Assembly: GCA_963850905.1 (NCBI GenBank)
Contig: CAWKMU010000003.1
Location: 2,720,001 to 2,784,000, forward strand
Length of the DNA stretch: 64,000 nt
Direction of reading: 5' to 3'
Source of the DNA: an uncultured Gemmatimonadales bacterium
GTDB taxonomy: Bacteria; Gemmatimonadota; Gemmatimonadetes; Gemmatimonadales; Gemmatimonadaceae
In this document: positions 9,003-18,329 of the stretch, piece after piece
How the letters are laid out: every line of letters starts with the position of its first letter
Position numbering within the stretch: position 1 is the first letter of the stretch
The notes under the pieces: model-generated
Database searches by the model: none
Seen by the model: the letters and a program-made list of their open reading frames with translations, nothing else
What the model was told of the DNA's origin: nothing
Program-made: the position numbers and the translations under genes

Positions 9003-11024
9003 TTATCGCGCTGCCACCTTGCCCAACATCGCGATGACTTGCTGGGCCGCGCGACGCCCCTCCTCGGCGGCGACGTTCCAATGCTGGTTGCCGTTGAGCT
9101 CCGAATGCCCGAATGCGAGCTGCCCTAAGGGCTGGCGCAGGACATCGCTCTGCGTTGGCTTGCCGTTCTTTCTCGTGTAGAACCCCGGGCCTGCGTTGCA
9201 GTAGGCGTGCCCCCATCGGTTGATCACGATTCCAGCAATGTCTCGCTTGGGATCGAAGCCGGCATCCGCAAAGAGTGTGACCATCTGTTGCCGCACCTGC
9301 GTCTCGAAGTCGCGGTAGGTCGTCCCGAACAGCCGCCCCCGCCCCGCAACACCCTGCTCGACGAGCGACAACCCGTACTGATTGAACGGGACGTAAAAAG
9401 TGAACAGGTTCGGGTGGTCCGGATCGAGCGGCGGCCGATAGTCCCCAACATACATGTTCGGGCGCATGTTGGCCGTGAAGCCAAAGCCGCCCCGCCAGGA
9501 GCAGGCGGTGTAACCGAGGTTGTACAGGAATCGCCAGTTGTCCAACGCGACGTTGACTGATAGCATCGGCGACCGCGGAAACTTCTTGACGGCCTCGCGA
9601 TACTCATCGGGCAGGTTCTTCACGGCGTGCCGCGCGGTGAAGCTCGCGCCGGCCCAGACCACCGTGCGCGCCCGTACGGAATACAGCTTCCCATCCTTGA
9701 CGTAGGTCACCGTCGCCAGCTTCCGCAGGCCGGCCTCGGGGTCGTGATCGAGATGCACGACCATGGCGCCACCGCGCAGGCGACACGGCGTGTTCGGCCG
9801 ATCCATCAGGTCGAACCGGATGCGGCCGCTGTGCACCTCGGGAAACGCCGCCGAGCCCTCGATCGTCTCCGGGTTCAGCCACTTGACGATGCAGCGCTGA
9901 ATCGCGTCGTTCCCCCCGGGGAACGAGATGACCGCCTGTGGCTCGCGCAACGTGTGGTCCGCGATGAACGATTCGAGCGGTTTGTCGACTCCGAGTCCCA
10001 GGAAGCCCGGCATCGCAAGCGTGTACGCCGAATAGGCGGACAGCACGTCGCTCCCGAGGCCAATGCCCGATGCGTAGATCGGATCGGCATAGCGCGCCAC
10101 CTCTGGCCGGAGCTTGCGGACGTTCACGAGCCACTGCTCGTACGTCATGGTGTCGAGGTACTGCTTGAGGCTCTCGGCGTCCCCTTTCCACGGCTCGACA
10201 CGCTCCTCGCGCCACCGAAGCAGGTCGCGGCGCACCTCTTCTGGCCAAGGCGTGCCCTCGAGCCGGTGACCCCAGGGATTCCGCACCCAGTGCGGCTGGG
10301 GCGTATCGAAATAGAAGCCGTGGTTCTCGAAGTTGTCGAACCACAGCTGATAGACGTAGTTGCTCTTGGGGAAGATCATGGGGCGGCGGCCGGGCGCCAT
10401 CTGCCCGAACTCGAGTTGCGTCGGCAGTCCGACATCGTGCCACAGATTCTTCATCCATTCCGGGGAGCTCTCGTCCGGCGGATCACCTTCGTTCGAACCT
10501 TGCGGCCCGATCAGGCGCTGTCCGCGCACGACGAACTCGTTGCGCTTCGCTTCGCCGCCGATGATCGGGTGATTGTCGAGCAGGAGGCAGGTCCGCTGGC
10601 GGCCAGTCTCCTTGAGGAACGTGTACGCCGCGACAGTTCCCGAGAAGCCTCCGCCAACGATCACGAGATCGTACATCTCCCCCGTGTCGATCGCGGTGCT
10701 CAGCATCTTGTCGTACGTGCCGTCGCGAAGCCCGTGCGCGGCACTGACGACCTCCCAGGTGTTGCCGTTCGACCGCGCGTAGTCGCCGACCCCGGAATAG
10801 CCGGTCCACGGATGCCATGGCTCGTCGGCCGCCGGCGGCATCTGTGCCGGCGGCGCACCCGGGCGACCCCGATGCGCAGGTGCTGGCGTCCCGAGCAGCG
10901 CTGCCCCTGTGCCCAATGCAACCGCGTTGAGAAAGTCCCGTCTCGTAATGTCGGCGTCCATCCCGAGCTCTTGCTCTGCCGGCGTCAAGTCCGAGTTCGG
11001 TCGCTGCGTCGAATCGCTACTCAT
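9003..11024 (-). CDS. Tat-exported FAD-dependent amine oxidoreductase, spermidine dehydrogenase (SpdH)-like
   Basis: ELGMDADITRRDFLN Tat motif, DLVIVGGGFSG Rossmann motif, LLLDNHPIIGGEAKRNEF, INRWGHAY. ATG 11024 follows RBS GAGG. Confidence 0.85.
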   Translation of the reverse strand: MSSDSTQRPNSDLTPAEQELGMDADITRRDFLNAVALGTGAALLGTPAPAHRGRPGAPPAQMPPAADEPWHPWTGYSGVGDYARSNGNTWEVVSAAHGLRDGTYDKMLSTAIDTGEMYDLVIVGGGFSGTVAAYTFLKETGRQRTCLLLDNHPIIGGEAKRNEFVVRGQRLIGPQGSNEGDPPDESSPEWMKNLWHDVGLPTQLEFGQMAPGRRPMIFPKSNYVYQLWFDNFENHGFYFDTPQPHWVRNPWGHRLEGTPWPEEVRRDLLRWREERVEPWKGDAESLKQYLDTMTYEQWLVNVRKLRPEVARYADPIYASGIGLGSDVLSAYSAYTLAMPGFLGLGVDKPLESFIADHTLREPQAVISFPGGNDAIQRCIVKWLNPETIEGSAAFPEVHSGRIRFDLMDRPNTPCRLRGGAMVVHLDHDPEAGLRKLATVTYVKDGKLYSVRARTVVWAGASFTARHAVKNLPDEYREAVKKFPRSPMLSVNVALDNWRFLYNLGYTACSWRGGFGFTANMRPNMYVGDYRPPLDPDHPNLFTFYVPFNQYGLSLVEQGVAGRGRLFGTTYRDFETQVRQQMVTLFADAGFDPKRDIAGIVINRWGHAYCNAGPGFYTRKNGKPTQSDVLRQPLGQLAFGHSELNGNQHWNVAAEEGRRAAQQVIAMLGKVAAR

Positions 11025-11329
11025 GGCTACCTCGGCACTGGGCTGGGTCGTTCGCACAACGGTGGGCGATCGCCTCGCCGTTTTGGGCGAGTAATCGAGC
11101 GGTGCGCTGGCATTGCGCTCAACACTAGGGCCGCCGAGTGCGATGTCAAACGCGTGCCCGGCCGTCGGGCGTTGAAATCCCACTTAGTGGGACGCGGTGC
11201 CGACCGGTCCGGGTTGGCGAAGGGGTGCGGCCTGGCGAACCCTTGGTCATTAGCATCAGCGCCATGGCGCCAGGCCACGGCGCGCAAGGCGCCGTTGTCT
11301 GGCAACCGACAGACGCCTAACCTCTAGTC

Positions 11330-11944
11330 ATGCCGGTCGACACGACGATCAACTGGGATGAGCGCTACGCGACCCCGGACTTTCTCTACGGGACCACCCC
11401 GAACCAGTATCTGTGCGCCCAAAGCCAGCGCTTGGCGCCAGCGAGCCGGGTACTCGTCGCTGCTGATGGTGAGGGCCGCAATGGAGTGTGGCTCGCGCAG
11501 CAGGGACACGCCGTCACGTCGGTCGACCAATCAGCCGTTGGACAGAAGAAGGCCATCATTCTCGCGCGCCAACGTGCGGTGTCAGTGGAATTCGTATGCG
11601 CCGATCTCTCCCGCTGGTCGCCGCCGGCTGCGTCGCAATACGATGCGGCGATCGCGATCTTCGGGCACTTCCCGGCAGCGATCCGACCGGCTATCCATGC
11701 CACGCTGGCGCGCGCGCTTCGACCCGGTGGGCTGCTCATCCTCGAGGCGTTCCACGTCAAGCAACTGGGAAGACCATCGGGCGGCCCGAAGGATCGGGAT
11801 ATGTTGTACGAACCGGCTGTTTTGCAGCGCGATTTCGCTTCGTTGACTACCCTCGAGCTGACGGAAGGCATCGTGCTCCTGGACGAGGGTGCGAAGCATC
11901 AGGGCGAGGGATATGTGGTACGGTTCGTCGGTCGCCGAGGCTAG
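11330..11944 (+). CDS. Class I SAM-dependent methyltransferase (TehB-like)
   Basis: WDERY N-terminus, VLVAADGEGRNG motif I, ALRPGGLLILE. Confidence 0.9.
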   Translation: MPVDTTINWDERYATPDFLYGTTPNQYLCAQSQRLAPASRVLVAADGEGRNGVWLAQQGHAVTSVDQSAVGQKKAIILARQRAVSVEFVCADLSRWSPPAASQYDAAIAIFGHFPAAIRPAIHATLARALRPGGLLILEAFHVKQLGRPSGGPKDRDMLYEPAVLQRDFASLTTLELTEGIVLLDEGAKHQGEGYVVRFVGRRG

Positions 11945-12011
11945 GTAACCATCGCGAGACCCAGGACCGGAGACAGGGTGTGGACGAGCGGACGAGCCGA
12001 CCGTCCGCAGC

Positions 12012-12413
12012 CTAGCTTGCCGTCGCGCCCTCTCGCGCCAAGGCGCGGTAGAGGTTCGTGCCGCGAACACCCTGAAAGAGACCGACACCGATGAGGACAC
12101 CGATGAGGCCCAACGGCGGTATCCACCGGCGGCTCTGCCACCAGCCATAGCCAAACGTGATCGCCCACAGTGCGAAGAGCGCCAGCGCAGATCCAAAGTG
12201 CTTCCGAAAGAGTCCATAGCCGAGACCCGACGCAATCACTATCAGGACGACGAGCTGCGCGAAAAAAACGCCCGCTGCGGCGACGGCGTCATGAACTACG
12301 ATCGTCACGACGACTGCAAGGCGCAGCCCGATGAACACCGCCGCGGCCACCAGTCCCATTCGTATCTGGGAATCCGCCCACCTCTGCTGCAACCCACGAG
12401 CGAGCGAGTGCAC
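12012..12413 (-). CDS. Small multi-pass membrane protein
   Basis: About 4 hydrophobic segments. Lies directly downstream of the DoxX gene. Confidence 0.65.
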   Translation of the reverse strand: MHSLARGLQQRWADSQIRMGLVAAAVFIGLRLAVVVTIVVHDAVAAAGVFFAQLVVLIVIASGLGYGLFRKHFGSALALFALWAITFGYGWWQSRRWIPPLGLIGVLIGVGLFQGVRGTNLYRALAREGATAS

Positions 12414-12429
12414 CGGCGCCTCCGGCGGG

Positions 12430-12978
12430 CTAGCGAGGTGCGTCGGTCAGGACTGCGGTCGCTCTCTCGGTTCGCCGCCGCGACATGACCGTTCGCCAGA
12501 TCGATAGTACGTGATCCGGATCGCCGACAACGAACGCGCCAAAGCAGAGGGCGAGCACCAGGTGGTCGAGTGAGGCTCCGAAGTACTGCCAGGCCGGCGC
12601 CTGGCCGCCCGGATAGTTGGACGAGAAGAGCAGGGTAAGCATGTAGACCAGGCCACACGCGCTCGCCAGCCGCGAGTAAACGCCGAGCGTGAGCGCGAGG
12701 CCGATCGCGAGCTCACCGTACGCGACGAGGAAGGCGATCGCCGTACCATAATCGAGCACGAAGTGCTGGAGCACGGGCACCATGAAGGGGTACGCCGCCC
12801 CATCGCTCAGGAAACGATGGATCCATCCTTGGAACCCGCCGCCCAAAGTGAAGGTGGTGCCAAAGACCTTGTATTGGCCAAAGATCAGGAACAGGACTCC
12901 GACCGCGATGCGTAACGCGGAGAACGCCGCGGCGCTTCGCGACAATTCTGACGACGCAGGGCGTGTGTCAGCGTTCAT
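12430..12978 (-). CDS. DoxX-family membrane protein
   Basis: ALRIAVGVLF...K, LVAYGELAIGLALTLG..SRLA. ATG 12978 has an RBS. Confidence 0.85.
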   Translation of the reverse strand: MNADTRPASSELSRSAAAFSALRIAVGVLFLIFGQYKVFGTTFTLGGGFQGWIHRFLSDGAAYPFMVPVLQHFVLDYGTAIAFLVAYGELAIGLALTLGVYSRLASACGLVYMLTLLFSSNYPGGQAPAWQYFGASLDHLVLALCFGAFVVGDPDHVLSIWRTVMSRRRTERATAVLTDAPR

Positions 12979-13080
12979 GAGTCGTTCCCCTATCCGCGGC
13001 GTGGCGGGGAGACGCACGACGGGTAGCGACAACGACCACAGGTGGCTGGCCTGGAGCCGTGCACGGACTCACCTCGGCGG

Positions 13081-13105
13081 GTAGGGGCGACGCAATGCGT
13101 CGCCC
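13081..13105 (+). repeat. GTAG-type REP palindrome, family A
   Basis: GTAG-GGGCGACGC-AAT-GCGTCGCCC. Identical copies at 31317 and 63849. Confidence 0.9.
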
Positions 13106-13168
13106 TCTGGCATTGACCACGACCTCTCGGCTTCCAACCACATGTCATCGCGAACGTACGCCGTGTGT

Positions 13169-13231
13169 CCGCCAGCCGCCAGCCGCCAGCCGCCAGCCGC
13201 CAGCCGCCAGCCGCCAGCCGCCAGCCGCCAG
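13169..13231 (+). repeat. Perfect heptamer microsatellite (CCGCCAG)x9
   Basis: Nine exact intergenic copies, counted directly. Confidence 0.95.
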
Positions 13232-13367
13232 CCGGGAGGAAGGGCGTCTCTAGAGTTGCGGCAAGTCGTGCGCGCTGGACGCCCCGCCCGCGCGGTGCCA
13301 GTCGAGCTCCTGCGGGGTGAACGGCCGAAGCCAGAGATCGGCGGCCCTAGCTGGCTATGAGCTTTGT

Positions 13368-13395
13368 TCTCCAGCGTCCAGCGTCTAGCGTCCAG
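13368..13395 (+). repeat. Heptamer array (CGTCYAG)x3-4
   Basis: tctccag cgtccag cgtctag cgtccag, immediately after the DHOR stop. Confidence 0.75.
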
Positions 13396-13399
13396 CCCC

Positions 13400-14701
13400 T
13401 TACAATGACTCCAGGAAGTGAATGATCGCCTCCTGGTCGTCCGGACTGAGTCGCTCGAAGCGGCCGGTGACATCGCTCGCCTCACCTCGGTGCCGCTCGA
13501 TGGCGTCGCGGAACGTGAATGACGCGCCGTCGTGCATCAATCGTGGGCGCAAGCGCACGCCCCAGAGGGGAGCGGTGCGAATCTTTTGCCGGGAGCTCTC
13601 GAAGTTCTGTTTCCCGAGATAGTCCGTCATCATTTCGTACACGCGACGCCCATAGTGCTCCCGAGTCGCCTGTAGGATCCCGTCGCCGGTCCCGATGTCG
13701 TGCATCAGATAGTCGCTGTAGGGGTGGAACGTCACCGATCCCAGCGCCGATGGAATCGTGTAGGTGCCGCCGTTGATCTTCGTTCCGGCGGGCGCCGTCA
13801 TCAGGGATTCGACGTGACAGGTCGCACATCCGATCTTCTCGAACACACCCACGCCCATCCGTGGCACTGCGCTCGACTCGAGCCCGAGATCGGGCGCCGG
13901 CGCTTTCGTCGCCCGAATGAACCGCGCGAAGTGATCGATGTCGGTGAGTCCGTCAGTACCCGGCTTGTCGTTCGGCTCCGTCACCGTGTTGCACAGCGTC
14001 GTGACTTCATCCGGTTGCAACCGATTCGTGATGCCCATTTCGTTGAGGTACGCGTCTGCGGCGAACGATAGAAGACTGGCGTGCTGATCCTTCCAGCCGA
14101 ATCGGCCGACACCCATCTGACCCGGCGCTTCGACGATCGGGACGAACAACACCTGCCCGCAGATCTTGCCGTTCGTCGCGTCGCATTGCTGCCGCGCTGC
14201 GTCGATCAACGTTTGATCGGCGACCGCCTCGACGAAACCGTCTCCCAATAGATTCACCGAGAGTCGCAGCGCGCGGATCGTCTCGGTGGGCGGAACCCGC
14301 TCCTGGATCTCCAGGTTGGGAAACGCCGCGTTGGGACAGATCGCACGATCGTTGACCAGCGACCGCCCCGAGATCACGGCCGCTCCGTGAGCAATCGGGA
14401 TGTCTGGATTGCGGAATCGTCCGTCCGGTCCGTCGTGACCGACCCGCAGCTCGGTGACCTGGGAGGCCGCGCCGGAAACGGGGCTCTGGTGGCATTCGCG
14501 GCACGATTGGGCGTTGTACAACGGCCCCAGACCGTCGTTCAGTTCTTCGACTTCCTCGAACGTTGCCTTGTCGATCTGGTGTGTCGAATCGTCGACGACA
14601 CCGTTGCTCTTGTCGTCGAAGGCCGCGGGCGCTTCTCGCGGCTGATAGGCGGCTACGGCGATGAGGGCACTGAGGATCGTGACCGGAATCACGCGTCGCA
14701 T
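13400..14701 (-). CDS. Exported di-heme oxidoreductase (DHOR / putative peroxidase)
   Basis: Signal peptide, DGLGPLYNAQSCRECH, GRFGWK, second heme motif CATCH, RTAPLWG..LMHDG. Confidence 0.9.
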   Translation of the reverse strand: MRRVIPVTILSALIAVAAYQPREAPAAFDDKSNGVVDDSTHQIDKATFEEVEELNDGLGPLYNAQSCRECHQSPVSGAASQVTELRVGHDGPDGRFRNPDIPIAHGAAVISGRSLVNDRAICPNAAFPNLEIQERVPPTETIRALRLSVNLLGDGFVEAVADQTLIDAARQQCDATNGKICGQVLFVPIVEAPGQMGVGRFGWKDQHASLLSFAADAYLNEMGITNRLQPDEVTTLCNTVTEPNDKPGTDGLTDIDHFARFIRATKAPAPDLGLESSAVPRMGVGVFEKIGCATCHVESLMTAPAGTKINGGTYTIPSALGSVTFHPYSDYLMHDIGTGDGILQATREHYGRRVYEMMTDYLGKQNFESSRQKIRTAPLWGVRLRPRLMHDGASFTFRDAIERHRGEASDVTGRFERLSPDDQEAIIHFLESL

Positions 14702-14864
14702 CGCTGTCTCCCTCCGTCGATGACTGCGTCAGGGCACTCGGTGGCCAAGATCCCCGCCCCTCCTGTGCCACGAGGCGGCAATCCGAGGGCGAGACTATCG
14801 TTGCCCCGCACGCCCAGGATGTCAACACCGGTGGCCGCTGGGAGACGATCCCTCGTGCGACGTC

Positions 14865-15665
14865 CTAACTCTGGGTTTTTTCCGCGCCCAGCTGGCCCTG
14901 CGCCGCGGCCGTCCCGGCCGCACTGGGCCTGCCCTTGAGAATCCACTCGAAACCGACTGCGATGAGGGCACCCACGATTGGCCCGACAATGTAGACCCAT
15001 GTCGTGCTGAGGTCGCCGCGCACGAGGTCCGGCGCAAAGGACCTCGCTGGGTTCATCGAGGCACCACTGATCGGAGCAGCCCAGAGGCCGGCCAACGCAA
15101 TGTACCCCCCGACGGCGAGCGCTCCGTTGGTGCCGATGTTGCGCGCGCCGGACGCCGTGCCGAGGATCGTGTTCACCAATCCGGTCGTCAGCAGAATCTC
15201 CATCGCGAGGGCGGTGCCTGTGCCCACTCCGCTGCCCGGCACCGTGGCACCGAGCAGACCGATGTTCCCAAATGTCGTCCTCAGAAACACGGCCGCGAGG
15301 ATGCTGCCGACCGCCTGCGCGCTGATGTAGCCGACCACCCGATTCCAGGGGAAGTTGCCTCGGACGGCAAACGCGATCGTTACCGCCGGATTGACATGGG
15401 CGCCGCTCACCACGCCCATGAAGTAAATGATTGCCATGACCATGAGTGCTGGTGCGACCACCGCCATTCCCAGCGTGATGGTACCCGGACTGTGCGCCGA
15501 CACGACACCGGCTCCCGCGGCAACTACGACCAACAAGAACGTGCCCCACGCCTCCGAGAAGAGGCGCCGCCATTCGAGCGTGGCGTTCTCGAAGTCACTG
15601 GCCGCCTTGAGATCGGCCCGTCGCTCGAGCGGTGCCGCTCCTTCACTCCTGCCGGGTGGTGCCAT
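14865..15665 (-). CDS. Aquaporin / MIP channel
   Basis: SGAHVNPAVT and SGASMNPARS (two NPA boxes), six TM segments. Confidence 0.95.
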   Translation of the reverse strand: MAPPGRSEGAAPLERRADLKAASDFENATLEWRRLFSEAWGTFLLVVVAAGAGVVSAHSPGTITLGMAVVAPALMVMAIIYFMGVVSGAHVNPAVTIAFAVRGNFPWNRVVGYISAQAVGSILAAVFLRTTFGNIGLLGATVPGSGVGTGTALAMEILLTTGLVNTILGTASGARNIGTNGALAVGGYIALAGLWAAPISGASMNPARSFAPDLVRGDLSTTWVYIVGPIVGALIAVGFEWILKGRPSAAGTAAAQGQLGAEKTQS

Positions 15666-16017
15666 AACCCCTCCAGTTGGATGTGCCCATCGACCGCAGC
15701 CGCATGCCCCACTCAGCCGCCCCGGACGCCGTACGCTCGCCGCCAGCCAATCGAGGACCCCGAGTCAGCCTCTGCAACCTGACCTAGGCGACCAGCAAGA
15801 CCACCACGAACTCGGCCTCGACGGACACTGGCTGGAGACCAAAGTCTTATCGCCGCCATTGTCGATCCGCGTCAGGTTGCGAGGATCGTGGCGACCGCTA
15901 CGGCGAGAAGCGGCGCAACCGCGTGCAGCGTGTGCGCGGCTGGAGCCACTTCGCGCAACCAGTCTCGCATCGGCGCCGGCGTTCCGCGAATTGGCTCGAC
16001 GCGAAGGAGGCAAACTG

Positions 16018-17214
16018 ATGAGACCTGCGGACAGAGTGAAGCCACTGCTCTCGGTCGTGGCGATGTGTGTGCTCGCCGCGGCCTCCGCGCCGGGTGCGTA
16101 CGGCCAGAACGCCACTTCCTCGCAGGACGCGGCGTCGTCGACCCCGGCTCCGCAGAGCGCCCAGCAGATCCAAGCGCTGGTCGCACCTGTCGCCCTCTAT
16201 CCAGACCAGCTCCTGGCCCAGGTGCTCTCGGCGGCGACGTACCCCGATCAGATCTCCGACGCCGAGACCTGGGTCTCGCACCAGTCGCTGACCGGACAGG
16301 CACTGATGGACCAGGTGAACCAGCAGTCGTGGGACCCGGCGGTGAAAGCGCTCACTGCGTTCCCGTCGGTGCTCTCGCAGATGGCCAACAATCTTGCGTG
16401 GACGTCGCAGTTGGGAGAGGTCTACCACTTCCAGGCCACAGACGTGATGCAGGCCGTCCAGGCATTGCGAGCGCAGGCTCAGGCCGCTGGTAACCTGAAA
16501 TCGTCCTCGCAGATGACGGTGGTCGAGCAATCACCGAGCACCATTGTCATCGAGCCAGTGAATCCGAGCGTCGTATATGTGCCGGTATATAACCCGGCTG
16601 TCATCTACGGCACGGCCTACGTGGTACCTGGTTACACGGCGGGGGAAATGGCCGCCGCCAGCATGATCTCGTTCGGAGCGGGCGTTGCCATCGGCGCGAT
16701 GATGAGTGGTGCCTGTTGCCACGCGTGGGGGTGGAGCTCGTGGAACATGAGTTGGCACGGCGGCTACGTCGCCTACGGTGGCCACCCGTACTACGGGAGC
16801 GCCGCGTGGCACGGAGGGTACGGCGCATACGGATACCACGGGTACGGCGGGTACGGCAGCGCGGCGTACCACGGACCGGCGGGGTCGGCTCAGGCATATC
16901 ACGGCTACTCAGCCAATGGTGCGTACCACACGGGCGGCGCATACCAGACGGCATGGGGCGGCGGGAGTGCGCATACCGGTTACGGGGCCGACGGCGCCGT
17001 GCACACAGGTGGAAGCGGTTACAACGCGGCGGGTCAAGCCTACCACTATGGGGCGACCAAGACCCCGTCCGGCCAAACCGCCTATCACGGCAGCACTGCC
17101 TCCGGACAGCACGTTGCGGGGAGCACCGCCGGCGGCTGGGGTCACGATGACGGCTGGTCCTCGCGCGCGGCGAGTAGCAGGGGCCGGGCGAGTGGCGGTG
17201 CGTATCACCGCTGA
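16018..17214 (+). CDS. DUF3300-domain exported protein with a Gly/Tyr/His-rich tail
   Basis: ATG 16018 after GGAGG. Signal peptide, LVAPVALYPDQLLAQVLSAATYP, WDPAVKAL, VVYVPVYNP. Confidence 0.9.
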   Translation: MRPADRVKPLLSVVAMCVLAAASAPGAYGQNATSSQDAASSTPAPQSAQQIQALVAPVALYPDQLLAQVLSAATYPDQISDAETWVSHQSLTGQALMDQVNQQSWDPAVKALTAFPSVLSQMANNLAWTSQLGEVYHFQATDVMQAVQALRAQAQAAGNLKSSSQMTVVEQSPSTIVIEPVNPSVVYVPVYNPAVIYGTAYVVPGYTAGEMAAASMISFGAGVAIGAMMSGACCHAWGWSSWNMSWHGGYVAYGGHPYYGSAAWHGGYGAYGYHGYGGYGSAAYHGPAGSAQAYHGYSANGAYHTGGAYQTAWGGGSAHTGYGADGAVHTGGSGYNAAGQAYHYGATKTPSGQTAYHGSTASGQHVAGSTAGGWGHDDGWSSRAASSRGRASGGAYHR

Positions 17215-17261
17215 TCGATGATGCCGAACGCAATGTTGGATCGCGCAATCGGAGGGGCAGC

Positions 17262-18329
17262 ATGTTGAAACTGCGTGGTGCGAGCACCGGGATGCTGAAC
17301 GCCCGGCACGTTCTCGCCTCCTTGGCCTTGGTGACCCTTGCTGCAACGACTTCCGCGTGCAGTGGAAGCGAGCGCACCGCGAGCGAGAGCCAGGGAGACG
17401 TCGCAAACGGCGGGCAACGGACATTCGCGTCACCCGAAGCGGCCGGCGCCGCACTCTTTGCAGCGGTGAAGAGCGGGGACCAGAACGCGCTGCTCGCGAT
17501 CTTCGGTCCCGACAGCAGAACCCTCGTGTCTTCCGGCGATACGGTCGAGGACAGGGACATGCTGCAAAGCTTTGTGGACCGGTACACGCGGATGAACCGC
17601 TGGCGCAAGGATAAGGCGGGTGACGAGATCCTCGTCATCGGTCCGACCAACTGGCTCTTCCCAATTCCGCTGAGCCGGAACGCCTCAGGACAATGGGCGT
17701 TCAATACCGCAGCAGGGAGAGACGAGGTGCTCGCGCGTCGGATCGGGAGTGGCGAGCTGACGGCCATCGGTGTGCTCAGTGAGGTCGCCAACGCCCAGGA
17801 GACGTACTTCACCCAATTCCATCGATTCGCCGAACGATTCCTGAGCGATTCCGGTCAGCAGAACGGTCTCTTCTGGTCTGTCGCCCAAGGCCAAAATCCA
17901 AGTCCGCTCGGCTCACTCGCCAATGTCGCGAAGACCCTGGGTTACGGACCGACGCACTCCGCGCAACCGCAACCCTTCGTCGGCTACTTCTACCGAATGC
18001 TGACCGCACAGGGCGATGCGGCAAAGGGTGGTGCCAAGGACTATGTCGTGAACGGACAGATGACCGGTGGGTTCGCCGTTGTTGCGTGGCCCGCTCGGTA
18101 CAGGAACTCAGGGATCATGACGTTCATGGTCGCAAAGGACGGTGTGATCTACCAGCGGGATCTCGGCCAGTGGACGACCGACTCGGTCGCGGCGATCAAG
18201 ACCTTCAACCCGACCCCGGCGTGGGCCGTGGTGCTCGCACCCGAACCCGCGAGCACGTCAGGCGGTCCGAATGCCTCGAGGAAGGACGCGCTTCAGAACG
18301 CGAAGGTGAGGCCCAGCACCGGACCGTAG
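17262..18329 (+). CDS. DUF2950-family lipoprotein
   Basis: FASPEAA, WLFPIPL, EVLARRIGSGEL, GYFYRML, WPARYRNSGIMTFMV..DGVIYQRDLG. Usual partner of DUF3300. Confidence 0.9.
   Translation: MLKLRGASTGMLNARHVLASLALVTLAATTSACSGSERTASESQGDVANGGQRTFASPEAAGAALFAAVKSGDQNALLAIFGPDSRTLVSSGDTVEDRDMLQSFVDRYTRMNRWRKDKAGDEILVIGPTNWLFPIPLSRNASGQWAFNTAAGRDEVLARRIGSGELTAIGVLSEVANAQETYFTQFHRFAERFLSDSGQQNGLFWSVAQGQNPSPLGSLANVAKTLGYGPTHSAQPQPFVGYFYRMLTAQGDAAKGGAKDYVVNGQMTGGFAVVAWPARYRNSGIMTFMVAKDGVIYQRDLGQWTTDSVAAIKTFNPTPAWAVVLAPEPASTSGGPNASRKDALQNAKVRPSTGP

Noticed and set aside
6905..9037. 710-aa plus-strand ORF
   Set aside because: Antisense shadow of the acyl-CoA synthetase. It has no motifs, and such ORFs are expected in GC-rich coding DNA.
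9627..11327. 566-aa plus-strand ORF (likewise 41166..42695 and 20607..21671)
   Set aside because: Antisense to well-supported genes, with Arg/Val-rich shadow composition.
13069..13485. ORFs with WRLAAGG / QPPAASR repeats
   Set aside because: These are translations of the (CCGCCAG)9 microsatellite, not genes.
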